Sequence record: PZ452584.1
Source of the DNA: a phage
Length of the DNA stretch: 64,000 bases
Reading direction: 5' to 3' (one strand)
Shown: piece after piece, positions 39,930 through 50,414 of the stretch
Layout: every line of letters starts with the position of its first letter
Numbering within the stretch: position 1 is the stretch's first letter
Notes under the pieces: generated by a model
The model's database searches: none
What the model saw: only the letters and a program-made list of their open reading frames with translations
Told to the model about the DNA's origin: nothing
Translations under genes and position numbers: made by a program

Positions 39930-40002
39930 CTGGGAATAAAGGACTCGAACCTTTGCATCTAGCAGTCAAAGTGCTATGCCTTACCAACTTGGCTAATTCC
40001 CA
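39930..40002 (-). tRNA. tRNA-Gln (anticodon UUG)
   Basis: Acceptor UGGGAAU/AUUCCCA (U1-A72), anticodon loop CUUUGAC, T-arm AAAGGUUCGAGUCCUUU. Confidence 0.75.
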
Positions 40003-40088
40003 ATTATTAACAAAGGCTCTCTAACAAGAACCCTTGATGATAGAGGGTATTAATCAGTGCGGTATGAGTTAATAATAACAAATAATTC

Positions 40089-40604
40089 TTAAAGCAAATT
40101 AAACATTTTAACTGCAGGTATTACAATTTCTTTTTCTATATAAGAGCATTTAACACTCTCAACTACACGCAAAAAATCATAATCATAATACTCAGAAGCA
40201 TTACCTAAAATATTAATAAGTCCTTCAAGCACTTTATTACCATTCACAAAGAATAAGTCAAATACACGTTCTTCGTCTTCTTCGGATTCATTACCAAAGT
40301 CAACTTCTATATCAAAGACCTTTTTAATGAATTCTGGATAAAGCTGGTCTGAGAACAGTCCTTCAACCAAGTATTCATAAATAAAAAGCGATTGCTCACT
40401 GAACAAGCCATTACCACAATAACGTTCAACTTTAGTATTAGAATGTCGGCTTTTAAACTTCTTTAAAAGATATTGGAACTGTAAGATTTCATGTTCTTTA
40501 ATTCCAAATATTGATTTAGTTTTATAATTATCACCATCATTTTCCCATGTAGTGACATCAATTACATAACCCTTAGGAATTGTACAGCCTAAACGAATAT
40601 TCAT
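40089..40604 (-). CDS. Hypothetical protein (variable region between tRNAs and ipI locus)
   Basis: 171-aa track ORF. Confidence 0.4.
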   Translation of the reverse strand: MNIRLGCTIPKGYVIDVTTWENDGDNYKTKSIFGIKEHEILQFQYLLKKFKSRHSNTKVERYCGNGLFSEQSLFIYEYLVEGLFSDQLYPEFIKKVFDIEVDFGNESEEDEERVFDLFFVNGNKVLEGLINILGNASEYYDYDFLRVVESVKCSYIEKEIVIPAVKMFNLL

Positions 40605-40894
40605 TTGCTCACCATATTAATGTAAGTATATTTAATACATTCAAGACCCAAAGGATTCTTGAAAATATCATATTCAAGAGGACCTTTTTCTGTTTCAATA
40701 AAGAAATCAAAATTTACTGTATTAAATTTACGGTCTTCCTTCAATAATTTAACCTGAGAAGATGAACGGTCAACATAAACCTTTTCAACTTCAAAACATG
40801 TTAAAACGCCATAATCATCAATCAAGGCTTTAGCCGCGTCTTGATCATATTTATATCCATTTTCAATGGACGATACTTTAGCATAAAGAATCAT
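40601..40894 (-). CDS. Hypothetical protein
   Basis: 97-aa track ORF, stop/start coupled to neighbours. Confidence 0.4.
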   Translation of the reverse strand: MILYAKVSSIENGYKYDQDAAKALIDDYGVLTCFEVEKVYVDRSSSQVKLLKEDRKFNTVNFDFFIETEKGPLEYDIFKNPLGLECIKYTYINMVSK

Positions 40895-40897
40895 TAT

Positions 40898-41317
40898 TTA
40901 CCCTTCATCAACAATAGTATGAGTGTGGGCATTTACAATTTGCCACCAATCAAAGCGATTAGAACCATACATTGGTTTGTTCTCATTTTCTTTGATAATG
41001 TTACGGAGTTCATCTTCGGTAGCGGCTTTCGCGATTAAATCAGCATATCCACCGCGAGGATAATAATTATCACCTGCAAAAAGTAAAAAGTTCGGTTTAA
41101 TATTATTGAACTCTTCAAGAGTAATAACTTTTCCTGTCGGTTGAACAATCTCTACATATTTATATCCTAATTTTTGAGCAGCATCTACTGCTTCAAGCAA
41201 AGTATCATGAGCCCATCCAATTTGACAACCTGGCTTTTCAGATGGATTAGCCTGATAATCCGCGTACACTTTATACATTCTATTCACCTTTAGAAATTTT
41301 ATCCATAACGATAGCAA
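40898..41317 (-). CDS. Hypothetical protein (start probably internal, MYKVYADYQ)
   Basis: Track ORF. Confidence 0.4.
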   Translation of the reverse strand: MLSLWIKFLKVNRMYKVYADYQANPSEKPGCQIGWAHDTLLEAVDAAQKLGYKYVEIVQPTGKVITLEEFNNIKPNFLLFAGDNYYPRGGYADLIAKAATEDELRNIIKENENKPMYGSNRFDWWQIVNAHTHTIVDEG

Positions 41318-41465
41318 TTAAACCAATTAAAAATGCTACTACAAGTGAAAACACATTTTCTGCTGTAGTCAATAATCCGCATATAAATCCAACAAACATT
41401 GAAAAACTAAAAGCAGAAGCAGAAATTGCAATAGCAACATTTCGAATTAATTCACAACGTTTCAT
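41280..41465 (-). CDS. Hypothetical small membrane protein
   Basis: 61 aa, two hydrophobic segments. Confidence 0.35.
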   Translation of the reverse strand: MKRCELIRNVAIAISASAFSFSMFVGFICGLLTTAENVFSLVVAFLIGLIAIVMDKISKGE

Positions 41466-41525
41466 TTTATTCTCCTCAGTAGTTGATAGGGTAATAGTAT
41501 CACTACTAAAACCCTATGTAAACAA
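41466..41525 (-). promoter_or_regulatory. PeSL-like early promoter with inverted repeat around the -10 region
   Basis: gatagggtaatagtatcactactaaaaccctatgtaaacaactttgtgaaattatttt: 7-bp stem atagggt/accctat flanking taatagtatcact; minus-strand GTTTAC -35. Confidence 0.55.
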
Positions 41526-41535
41526 CTTTGTGAAA

Positions 41536-41793
41536 TTATTTTAAATCTTCTAATCGTTTCTTCATCTTAGAACCATTTTTAGCGATTTCTCCTGCATCGG
41601 AGCATAATGCTAAAAGAGCTTTAACTTTAGTTTGGTCTCCTTTAAAAGATGAAGGATCGACTGCAGCAGCAAGTTCTTTAATACGAGAAAAAAGACGCTC
41701 AGCTTCAGCTAAAGCCATTCCAAGTTTTACTTCCATACCGTGGGAAGATTCAGTGATAGTAGTTTTTGTAGCAAACTCTTTGAAAGTTTTCAT
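41536..41793 (-). CDS. Internal-protein-like small protein at the ipI locus (sequence differs from T4 IPI as I recall it)
   Basis: 85 aa, leader-like MKTFKEFATKTTITE then helical body; bracketed by two near-identical promoter units. Confidence 0.5.
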   Translation of the reverse strand: MKTFKEFATKTTITESSHGMEVKLGMALAEAERLFSRIKELAAAVDPSSFKGDQTKVKALLALCSDAGEIAKNGSKMKKRLEDLK

Positions 41794-41799
41794 TTTATT

Positions 41800-41860
41800 T
41801 TCCTAATTAATTTTGATGAGGTAATAGTATCACTACCTCATCAGCATGTAAACAACTTTG
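41800..41860 (-). promoter_or_regulatory. PeSL-like early promoter with inverted repeat around the -10 region
   Basis: tgatgaggtaatagtatcactacctcatcagcatgtaaacaactttgtgaaattatttt: 9-bp stem tgatgaggt/acctcatca with same loop as the 41466 copy. Confidence 0.55.
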
Positions 41861-41865
41861 TGAAA

Positions 41866-42562
<697 letters not shown>

Positions 42563-42563
<1 letters not shown>

Positions 42564-43288
42564 TATAGTACCTTTAGTGTATTTTTAATTTTAGAAAAAA
42601 GTTCTTCAAGAGAACCATCGTTTGTAATTACTAAATCGCCATCACGAATTGGCAATCCAGCTTCTGTAATATGTATATCATTGGATTTTTGACCAGGACG
42701 AACTACATGAATTACTGTAGCACCCATCGCCCTAGCCGCATCCATTTCATGATCTTGACGGGTATCAGGAACGATATAATAATCATAACCTGAGTTAAAT
42801 TTATCAAGATAATCTAAAGCAAATAATTTTACCCAGTACATGCGGTCGAAGTTATTAACAATCAAATCCGTACCTAGGGCTTGCATCAGACGACGGACTG
42901 ACCATTGATCTTCAATATTATTTATAACGTCAGTAATCTTATTAAATGCTACGAAATTAACTGATTCTTTTCCTTCGTCATCAAAAACAAACACACCTTT
43001 GATTGGGCTTTTACCATTAAGATAGCAAAATGCTTGTTCCATAATCGTGATTACTTCTAATTTAGTCAGATTTAAATTAGTCTCACGATCATAGTCAATT
43101 CCTTCAAACTCTTTACGAGTTAAGCAAGGATAGTCAGTGTTTGCTGCAAATACTCCCCATGCATAAGCTAATGCATCCTTAATAGGACCAGCAAGTTGGT
43201 ATTTAACTGCAGAATAATTGCTCATGATAAAATCAGCAGTAGTATCTTTTCCACTACGCTTTACACCGCTTAAAAAGATTAGTTTCAT
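42563..43288 (-). CDS. 1: Deoxynucleoside monophosphate kinase
   Basis: MKLIFLSGVKRSGKDTTADFIM... P-loop; start set at the Met giving 241 aa (track ORF extends 13 codons upstream). Confidence 0.9.
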
Positions 43289-43337
43289 GTGTTTCTCCTC
43301 AAATTTAATTAAGATTATAACACACAAAACTGAAGCA

Positions 43338-43868
43338 TTAAACTTCTGCTATAATTTTTCCATCTTTTTCTACTTGAAAATAGGTGTAAGGAATCGTTGC
43401 TGTACATACTAAAGCCGGGTCTGAATCTTCCGTGTAGCTAAATTCTACTTCAGATAGGTCAGAAACCCAAGGCTTATAAAAATTTATTGACATCACGATT
43501 TCAGTTTTGCTATTATCTAAAATGTAAAGCGTAATGTACTCAGGACCTGTTTTTTGGGCAGTATTTTCACCTGTAAGATAGTTGCTAGTTCCTAGCATCC
43601 ATTCATACATTCCTATCCATGACTTAAGTTCTTCATCAACTATAAATCTCACAATGAGTGGGTCATACTCGAATGTAACACCAGGTCGTTGTGCTCGGCC
43701 CAGTCCAAACGGCCCAGTCACGGTATCAGTAACAGGTATTCTAATTCCTGGAATAGGAACTGACTGAGCATTTAAAGTAAAAGCAGATGTAGTATTACTA
43801 TGTGGTATTGATACTACAAAGTTAGTTGTATTTGCTTGGTTAAAAATTTGTTGCAGAGCTTGCGACAT
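43338..43868 (-). CDS. 3: Tail completion / sheath stabiliser protein gp3
   Basis: Start set at MSQALQQIFNQ giving 176 aa; track ORF extends to 43949. Confidence 0.75.
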   Translation of the reverse strand: MSQALQQIFNQANTTNFVVSIPHSNTTSAFTLNAQSVPIPGIRIPVTDTVTGPFGLGRAQRPGVTFEYDPLIVRFIVDEELKSWIGMYEWMLGTSNYLTGENTAQKTGPEYITLYILDNSKTEIVMSINFYKPWVSDLSEVEFSYTEDSDPALVCTATIPYTYFQVEKDGKIIAEV

Positions 43869-43974
43869 ATATTCCTCATAATGCTTTATAACTGTTGGTG
43901 GTATAATGGGTCTAAGTCCCTTCCATTCAATTCCATTTAGAACAAACAACAGAAAAGAATGGAAGATAATAGAA

Positions 43975-44799
43975 TTAGATATTTGACCAGACTTTGTTTG
44001 CAGAGAAACGTTTTCCTTTTGAAACGAACTGCTGAAGTGGCATCAACACAACGTTCGCCCAGTCTTTCGGGGCGATTTCAACAAGGCTACCCATAATATT
44101 ACCAGGTATATATGCCTTAATCATTTGGTCTGCACCCCTAAATCCTTTCACTTGACTCCAATCAATTTTTAATTTCGTTTTATTAGTAATAGTAGGTGTA
44201 TTTGCATATTGCTTTAAAAGCTCTTCTAGGAATTGCTGACGAGCTTTAGGTGGAATATAGTGCAAGTTTAATCCGTACATTAAATTATGCTTACCTAAAC
44301 CAAGGTAAATTATCAAAGGAAATTTATCCCAGTAAGGAAGAGTTTCCTTGTGTTTAGCATCATAAGCAAAAGCATATATTCGTCCCGGCTGCGGGCGAAC
44401 AACTTTATGTCCTTTTACTTGCTTAATAGTTTCAGCAAACCACTTTCTGGTTTTATTATTAATTGCTGCGCCTTCATTGCGAATTTTATCACGCAATGTT
44501 TGTCTGAATGAATTTATCATAAGCAGTTGTCTTTCTTGCTTATTGAGTTTATTCATTGGTTTTGATTCAAGCTTTTGAATCTTTTCGGCTGTTTTAATTC
44601 CTGAAGCATATTTTGACATTGCCGAAGTAAACGTAGAGTATTTGATTCCTCTTTCTTCAGCAAATTGCTTTCCTGTCATTCCTTTTGCTTTGGCCTTTTT
44701 GTATTCAAGACCTATTTGAATCCATTTCTTTTCGTTTAATGATTGCTTAACCTTTGGAACTTGGGGAGTGCTTTCATTAATTATTTGAAAAATAGCCAT
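43975..44799 (-). CDS. 2: DNA end-protector protein gp2
   Basis: 274 aa, basic, position between genes 3 and 4. Confidence 0.8.
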
Positions 44800-45251
44800 T
44801 ATGCCCCCTTAAAGCCAAGAGCTCGTAATCCATCTTCTGTTAAAATTCTAAATTTTATTCCACGCTTTTCAGCTAAAGATTGTGCTGCTTTCCATTTGTC
44901 AGTGTTCACAGACCAGGTATAAATTTCATTCATAAATCTTTTCTTCGCTGCGGTCGTTAGATGTGCTGGTTTAACTGGTGGTTGTGTTTCTTTTTTAGGT
45001 TTTATTTCAATAAAAAATTCTTGTCCAGAAGAATCTTTCATCCAAATATCCATGAAGTATCTACGTTTTTTCCCTTCTGCATTACAAAAATAAGGAATTA
45101 CTGCTGTTTCACTACCCCATGCAATAATTTCTGGATTTTTATCTAACCATTCAAAAAAGAATTTTTCCCAATTTGATCTATACGTAATTTTTTTAGGGTC
45201 ACCTCTATACTTTGATATATTTTTAGGAACCCATTTTCCAGAATATGCCAT
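44799..45251 (-). CDS. 4: Head completion protein gp4
   Basis: 150 aa [11 protein letters not shown]...; late promoter TATAAATA (minus) 27 nt upstream. Confidence 0.8.
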
Positions 45252-45262
45252 TGGATTCTCCT

Positions 45263-45270
45263 TATAAATA
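45263..45270 (+). promoter_or_regulatory. Late promoter TATAAATA for gene 53
   Basis: Exact tataaata about 29 nt upstream of the gene 53 ATG. Confidence 0.6.
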
Positions 45271-45277
45271 GATAATA

Positions 45278-45285
45278 TATTTATA
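45278..45285 (-). promoter_or_regulatory. Late promoter TATAAATA (minus strand) for gene 4
   Basis: Plus-strand tatttata is TATAAATA on the minus strand, 27 nt upstream of the gene 4 ATG; back-to-back with the gene 53 promoter. Confidence 0.6.
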
Positions 45286-45298
45286 AACAGGAGGGCCC

Positions 45299-45889
45299 AT
45301 GCTCTTTACATTTTTTGATCCGATTGAATATGCGGCCAAAACGGTGAATAAAAACGCGCCGACTATTCCTATGACAGATATTTTTAGAAACTATAAAGAC
45401 TATTTTAAACGCGCTCTTGCGGGATACCGCTTACGTACTTATTATATTAAAGGTTCACCACGCCCGGAAGAATTAGCAAATGCTATATATGGAAATCCAC
45501 AGTTGTATTGGGTTTTATTGATGTGTAATGATAATTACGATCCGTATTATGGATGGATTACTTCGCAGGAAGCTGCTTATCAAGCATCTATACAAAAATA
45601 CAAAAACGTAGGTGGAGACCAAATAGTATATCATGTGAATGAGAATGGTGAAAAATTTTATAATTTAATATCATACGATGATAATCCATATGTTTGGTAT
45701 GATAAAGGTGATAAAGCTAGAAAATATCCTCAATATGAAGGAGCACTTGCTGCGGTCGATACGTATGAAGCTGCTGTTCTTGAAAATGAAAAACTTCGTC
45801 AAATAAAAATAATAGCAAAATCAGACATCAATTCATTTATGAACGACCTTATACGTATAATGGAGAAATCTTATGGAAATGATAAGTAA
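45299..45889 (+). CDS. 53: Baseplate wedge protein gp53
   Basis: 196 aa; AGGAGG ribosome-binding site; first gene of plus-strand late module. Confidence 0.85.
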   Translation: MLFTFFDPIEYAAKTVNKNAPTIPMTDIFRNYKDYFKRALAGYRLRTYYIKGSPRPEELANAIYGNPQLYWVLLMCNDNYDPYYGWITSQEAAYQASIQKYKNVGGDQIVYHVNENGEKFYNLISYDDNPYVWYDKGDKARKYPQYEGALAAVDTYEAAVLENEKLRQIKIIAKSDINSFMNDLIRIMEKSYGNDK

Positions 45890-47600
45890 TAGCCTTAATT
45901 GGTTTGTTGGTGTTGTTGAAGATAGAATGGACCCATTAAAATTAGGTCGTGTTCGTGTTCGTGTGGTTGGTCTGCATCCACCCCAAAGAGCACAAGGCGA
46001 TGTAATGGGTATTCCAACTGATAAATTGCCATGGATGTCAGTTATTCAACCGATAACTTCTGCAGCAATGTCTGGAATTGGAGGTTCTGTTACAGGGCCA
46101 GTAGAAGGAACTAGAGTATATGGTCATTTTTTAGACAAATGGAAAACTAACGGAATTGTCCTTGGCACTTATGGCGGAATAGTTCGCGAAAAACCTAATA
46201 GACTTGAAGGATTTTCTGACCCAACTGGACAGTATCCTAGACGTCTAGGAAATGATACTAACGTATTAAACCAAGGCGGAGAAGTAGGATATGATTCGTC
46301 TTCTAATATTATCCAAGATAGCAATCTAGACACTGCGATAAATCCCGATGATAGACCGCTATCAGAGATTCCAACTGATGATAATCCAAATATGTCAATG
46401 GCTGAAATGCTTCGCCGTGATGAAGGATTAAGACTAAAAGTTTATTGGGATACCGAAGGATATCCGACAATTGGTATTGGTCATCTTATCATGAAGCAGC
46501 CAGTTCGTGATATGACCCAAATTAATAAAGTTTTATCAAAACAAGTTGGTCGTGAAATTACTGGAAACCCAGGTTCTATTACAATGGAAGAGGCGACAGC
46601 TTTATTTGAGCGTGATTTGGCTGATATGCAACGGGACATTAAATCACATTCTAAAGTAGGACCAGTCTGGCAAGCTGTCAACCGTTCTCGTCAAATGGCA
46701 TTAGAAAATATGGCATTTCAGATGGGTGTTGGTGGTGTTGCTAAATTTAACACAATGTTAACTGCTATGTTAGCCGGAGATTGGGAAAAAGCATATAAAG
46801 CCGGTCGTGATTCATTGTGGTATCAACAAACAAAAGGCCGTGCATCCCGTGTTACCATGATTATTCTTACGGGAAATTTAGAATCATATGGTGTTGAAGT
46901 GAAAACCCCAGCTAGGTCTCTATCAGCAATGGCTGCTACTGTAGCTAAATCTTCTGACCCTGCTGACCCTCCTATTCCAAATGACTCGAGAATTTTATTC
47001 AAAGAACCAGTTTCTTCATATAAAGGTGAATATCCTTATGTGCATACAATGGAAACTGAAAGCGGACATATTCAGGAATTTGATGATACCCCTGGGCAAG
47101 AACGATACAGATTAGTTCATCCAACTGGAACTTATGAAGAAGTATCACCGTCAGGAAGAAGAACAAGAAAAACTGTTGATAATTTGTATGATATAACCAA
47201 CGCTGATGGTAATTTTTTGGTAGCCGGTGATAAAAAGACTAACGTCGGTGGATCAGAAATTTATTACAACATGGATAATCGTCTTCACCAGATAGATGGA
47301 AGCAATACAATATTTGTACGTGGCGACGAAACGAAAACTGTTGAAGGTAATGGAACTATCCTAGTCAAAGGTAATGTTACTATTGTAGTTGAAGGTAATG
47401 CTGATATTACAGTTAAAGGAGATGCTACCACTTTAGTTGAAGGAAATCAAACTAATACAGTAAATGGAAATCTTTCTTGGAAAGTTGCTGGGACAGTTGA
47501 TTGGGACGTTGGTGGTGATTGGACAGAAAAAATGGCATCTATGAGTTCTATTTCATCTGGTCAATACACAATTGATGGATCGAGGATTGACATTGGCTAA
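45873..47600 (+). CDS. 5: Baseplate central spike / cell-puncturing protein gp5 with lysozyme domain
   Basis: 575 aa; OB-fold N-terminus, internal lysozyme block MSMAEMLRRDEGLRLKVYWDTEGYPTIGIGHL, C-terminal beta-helix repeats (VEGN.T..V.GN). Confidence 0.95.
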   Translation: MEMISNSLNWFVGVVEDRMDPLKLGRVRVRVVGLHPPQRAQGDVMGIPTDKLPWMSVIQPITSAAMSGIGGSVTGPVEGTRVYGHFLDKWKTNGIVLGTYGGIVREKPNRLEGFSDPTGQYPRRLGNDTNVLNQGGEVGYDSSSNIIQDSNLDTAINPDDRPLSEIPTDDNPNMSMAEMLRRDEGLRLKVYWDTEGYPTIGIGHLIMKQPVRDMTQINKVLSKQVGREITGNPGSITMEEATALFERDLADMQRDIKSHSKVGPVWQAVNRSRQMALENMAFQMGVGGVAKFNTMLTAMLAGDWEKAYKAGRDSLWYQQTKGRASRVTMIILTGNLESYGVEVKTPARSLSAMAATVAKSSDPADPPIPNDSRILFKEPVSSYKGEYPYVHTMETESGHIQEFDDTPGQERYRLVHPTGTYEEVSPSGRRTRKTVDNLYDITNADGNFLVAGDKKTNVGGSEIYYNMDNRLHQIDGSNTIFVRGDETKTVEGNGTILVKGNVTIVVEGNADITVKGDATTLVEGNQTNTVNGNLSWKVAGTVDWDVGGDWTEKMASMSSISSGQYTIDGSRIDIG

Positions 47601-48129
47601 TATACTTCCAATGAGCGCTGATTTAGGAGAATCCATGGAAGGTTCTTCTATCGACGTCACCTTTACCGCTCAATTAGAAACGGGTGAAACGTTAGTATCT
47701 ATAAATATAACTAGTTACGAAGAAACTCCTGGGGTTTTAGTAGAAGAAAATCGCTTATATGGAACATATGAATCTGTGTTTGGATTTGGAGATGACGCGT
47801 TGAAATATCGTTTAGGCAATGAATTTAAAACTGCTGCTTCATGGGAAGAACTTCCAACTGATTCTAATACTCAGTTGTATTTGTGGAAAGCTCCTCAAAA
47901 CCTCCAGAAGACATTCACTTACGAAGTAACATTAATATATGACTACCAAGAACAAAGTGAATCTGGAGGTTCTGGCAGTAATTCTAGGTCATCTTCTGAT
48001 ACTACTGAACCGACAGTTCCCCCTGCTCCAGTAAGAAAAACTCTCGTTAAAAATTATACTAAAACTATAGTTGGAAATTGGAGTCGTTGGGCTAATAAAC
48101 TGAGAAGCTATGTATATGAGAGGCCATAA
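47572..48129 (+). CDS. 5.1: Protein gp5.1 (start probably internal)
   Basis: ORF between 5 and 5.4; overlaps the end of gene 5. Confidence 0.6.
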
Positions 48130-48423
48130 ATGTCAGGATTAAGTTATGATAAGTGTGTTACTGCTGGCCATGAAGCGTGGCCTCCAACAGTTGTGAATGC
48201 TACACAAAGCAAAGTATTCACTGGAGGAATTGCTGTTCTCGTAGCAGGCGATCCAATTACAGAACATACAGAAATTAAAAAGCCGTATGAAACACATGGC
48301 GGAGTGACACAACCTAGAACTTCTAAGGTATATGTCACTGGAAAGAAAGCTGTTCAAATGGCTGATCCAATATCATGCGGTGATACCGTGGCTCAGGCAT
48401 CATCTAAAGTATTCATTAAATAG
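48130..48423 (+). CDS. 5.4: Spike tip PAAR-repeat protein gp5.4
   Basis: 97 aa, small cysteine/histidine-containing protein at the 5.4 position. Confidence 0.8.
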
Positions 48424-48431
48424 GATTTAAA

Positions 48432-50414
48432 ATGGCAAATACCCCTGTAAATTATCAATTAACAAGAACAGCAAATGCTATTCCCGAGATATTCGTCGGG
48501 GGTACGTTTGCTGAAATAAAACAAAACCTCATTGAATGGCTTAATGGCCAAAATGAATTTTTGGATTATGATTTTGAAGGCTCAAGATTAAACGTTCTGT
48601 GTGACCTTTTGGCTTATAATACGCTGTACATTCAGCAGTTTGGTAATGCTGCCGTGTATGAAAGCTTTATGCGTACTGCTAACTTACGAAGTTCAGTAGT
48701 TCAAGCGGCACAAGATAATGGATATTTACCTACTTCAAAATCAGCTGCTCAAACTGAAATTATGCTAACTTGTACAGACGCATTGAATAGAAATTACATT
48801 ACTATTCCTCGTGGTACTCGCTTTTTAGCATATGCAAAGGATACTTCTGTTAATCCTTATAACTTTGTCTCTACCGAAGATGTTATTGCTATTCGTGATA
48901 AAAATAACCAGTATTTTCCACGTTTAAAATTGGCCCAAGGACGTATAGTAAGAACTGAAATCATTTATGATAAATTAACACCTATTATCATTTATGACAA
49001 AAATATAGATAGAAACCAAGTTAAACTGTACGTTGATGGAGCAGAATGGATTAACTGGACAAGAAAGTCAATGGTTCATGCTGGTTCTACATCAACAATT
49101 TACTACATGCGTGAAACTATTGATGGAAATACTGAATTTTATTTTGGTGAAGGTGAGATTTCTGTTAACGCGGCAGAAGGAGCATTGACCGCTAATTATA
49201 TTGGAGGTCTTAAACCTACCCAGAACTCTACGATTGTTATTGAGTACATCAGTACTAATGGTGCAGATGCGAATGGTGCAGTCGGATTTTCATACGCTGA
49301 TACATTAACAAATATAACTGTCATCAATATTAATGAAAACCCAAACGATGACCCAGATTTTGTTGGTGCTGATGGTGGTGGTGATCCAGAAGATATTGAA
49401 CGTATTCGTGAATTGGGTACTATTAAACGTGAAACCCAACAACGCTGCGTAACTGCGACAGATTATGATACATTTGTCTCAGAAAGATTTGGTTCTATTA
49501 TTCAAGCCGTTCAGACTTTCACTGATTCTACTAAACCTGGTTATGCATTTATTGCTGCTAAACCTAAATCAGGATTGTATTTAACTACTGTGCAGCGTGA
49601 AGATATTAAAAATTATCTCAAAGATTATAATTTAGCACCTATTACACCATCAATTATTTCTCCTAATTATCTTTTCATTAAGACTAATTTAAAAGTCACA
49701 TATGCTTTAAATAAGCTGCAAGAATCTGAACAGTGGCTTGAAGGTCAAATAATTGATAAAATTGACCGCTATTATACTGAAGATGTAGAAATTTTTAACT
49801 CATCTTTCGCTAAGTCTAAGATGTTAACTTATGTAGATGATGCAGATCATTCTATCATTGGTTCATCAGCGACTATTCAAATGGTTCGTGAAGTACAAAA
49901 CTTCTATAAAACGCCTGAAGCTGGTATTAAATACAATAATCAAATAAAAGACCGTTCTATGGAATCTAATACGTTTTCATTTAATTCTGGACGAAAAGTT
50001 GTAAATCCTGATACTGGTTTAGAAGAAGATGTATTATATGACGTTCGTATAGTATCAACAGACCGAGATTCTAAAGGAATTGGTAAAGTTATTATCGGTC
50101 CATTTGCTTCTGGCGATGTTACAGAAAATGAAAATATTCAGCCATACACAGGAAATGATTTTAACAAATTAGCAAATTCTGATGGACGCGACAAATACTA
50201 TGTTATCGGTGAAATAAATTATCCAGCTGATGTGATTTATTGGAATATCGCTAAAATTAATTTAACATCTGAAAAATTTGAAGTTCAAACTATTGAATTA
50301 TATTCTGACCCAACCGATGATGTTATCTTTACTCGCGATGGTTCACTGATTGTATTTGAAAATGACTTACGTCCACAATACTTAACTATCGATTTGGAGC
50401 CTATATCACAATGA
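48432..50414 (+). CDS. 6: Baseplate wedge protein gp6
   Basis: 660 aa, order and size as T4. Confidence 0.9.
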   Translation: MANTPVNYQLTRTANAIPEIFVGGTFAEIKQNLIEWLNGQNEFLDYDFEGSRLNVLCDLLAYNTLYIQQFGNAAVYESFMRTANLRSSVVQAAQDNGYLPTSKSAAQTEIMLTCTDALNRNYITIPRGTRFLAYAKDTSVNPYNFVSTEDVIAIRDKNNQYFPRLKLAQGRIVRTEIIYDKLTPIIIYDKNIDRNQVKLYVDGAEWINWTRKSMVHAGSTSTIYYMRETIDGNTEFYFGEGEISVNAAEGALTANYIGGLKPTQNSTIVIEYISTNGADANGAVGFSYADTLTNITVININENPNDDPDFVGADGGGDPEDIERIRELGTIKRETQQRCVTATDYDTFVSERFGSIIQAVQTFTDSTKPGYAFIAAKPKSGLYLTTVQREDIKNYLKDYNLAPITPSIISPNYLFIKTNLKVTYALNKLQESEQWLEGQIIDKIDRYYTEDVEIFNSSFAKSKMLTYVDDADHSIIGSSATIQMVREVQNFYKTPEAGIKYNNQIKDRSMESNTFSFNSGRKVVNPDTGLEEDVLYDVRIVSTDRDSKGIGKVIIGPFASGDVTENENIQPYTGNDFNKLANSDGRDKYYVIGEINYPADVIYWNIAKINLTSEKFEVQTIELYSDPTDDVIFTRDGSLIVFENDLRPQYLTIDLEPISQ

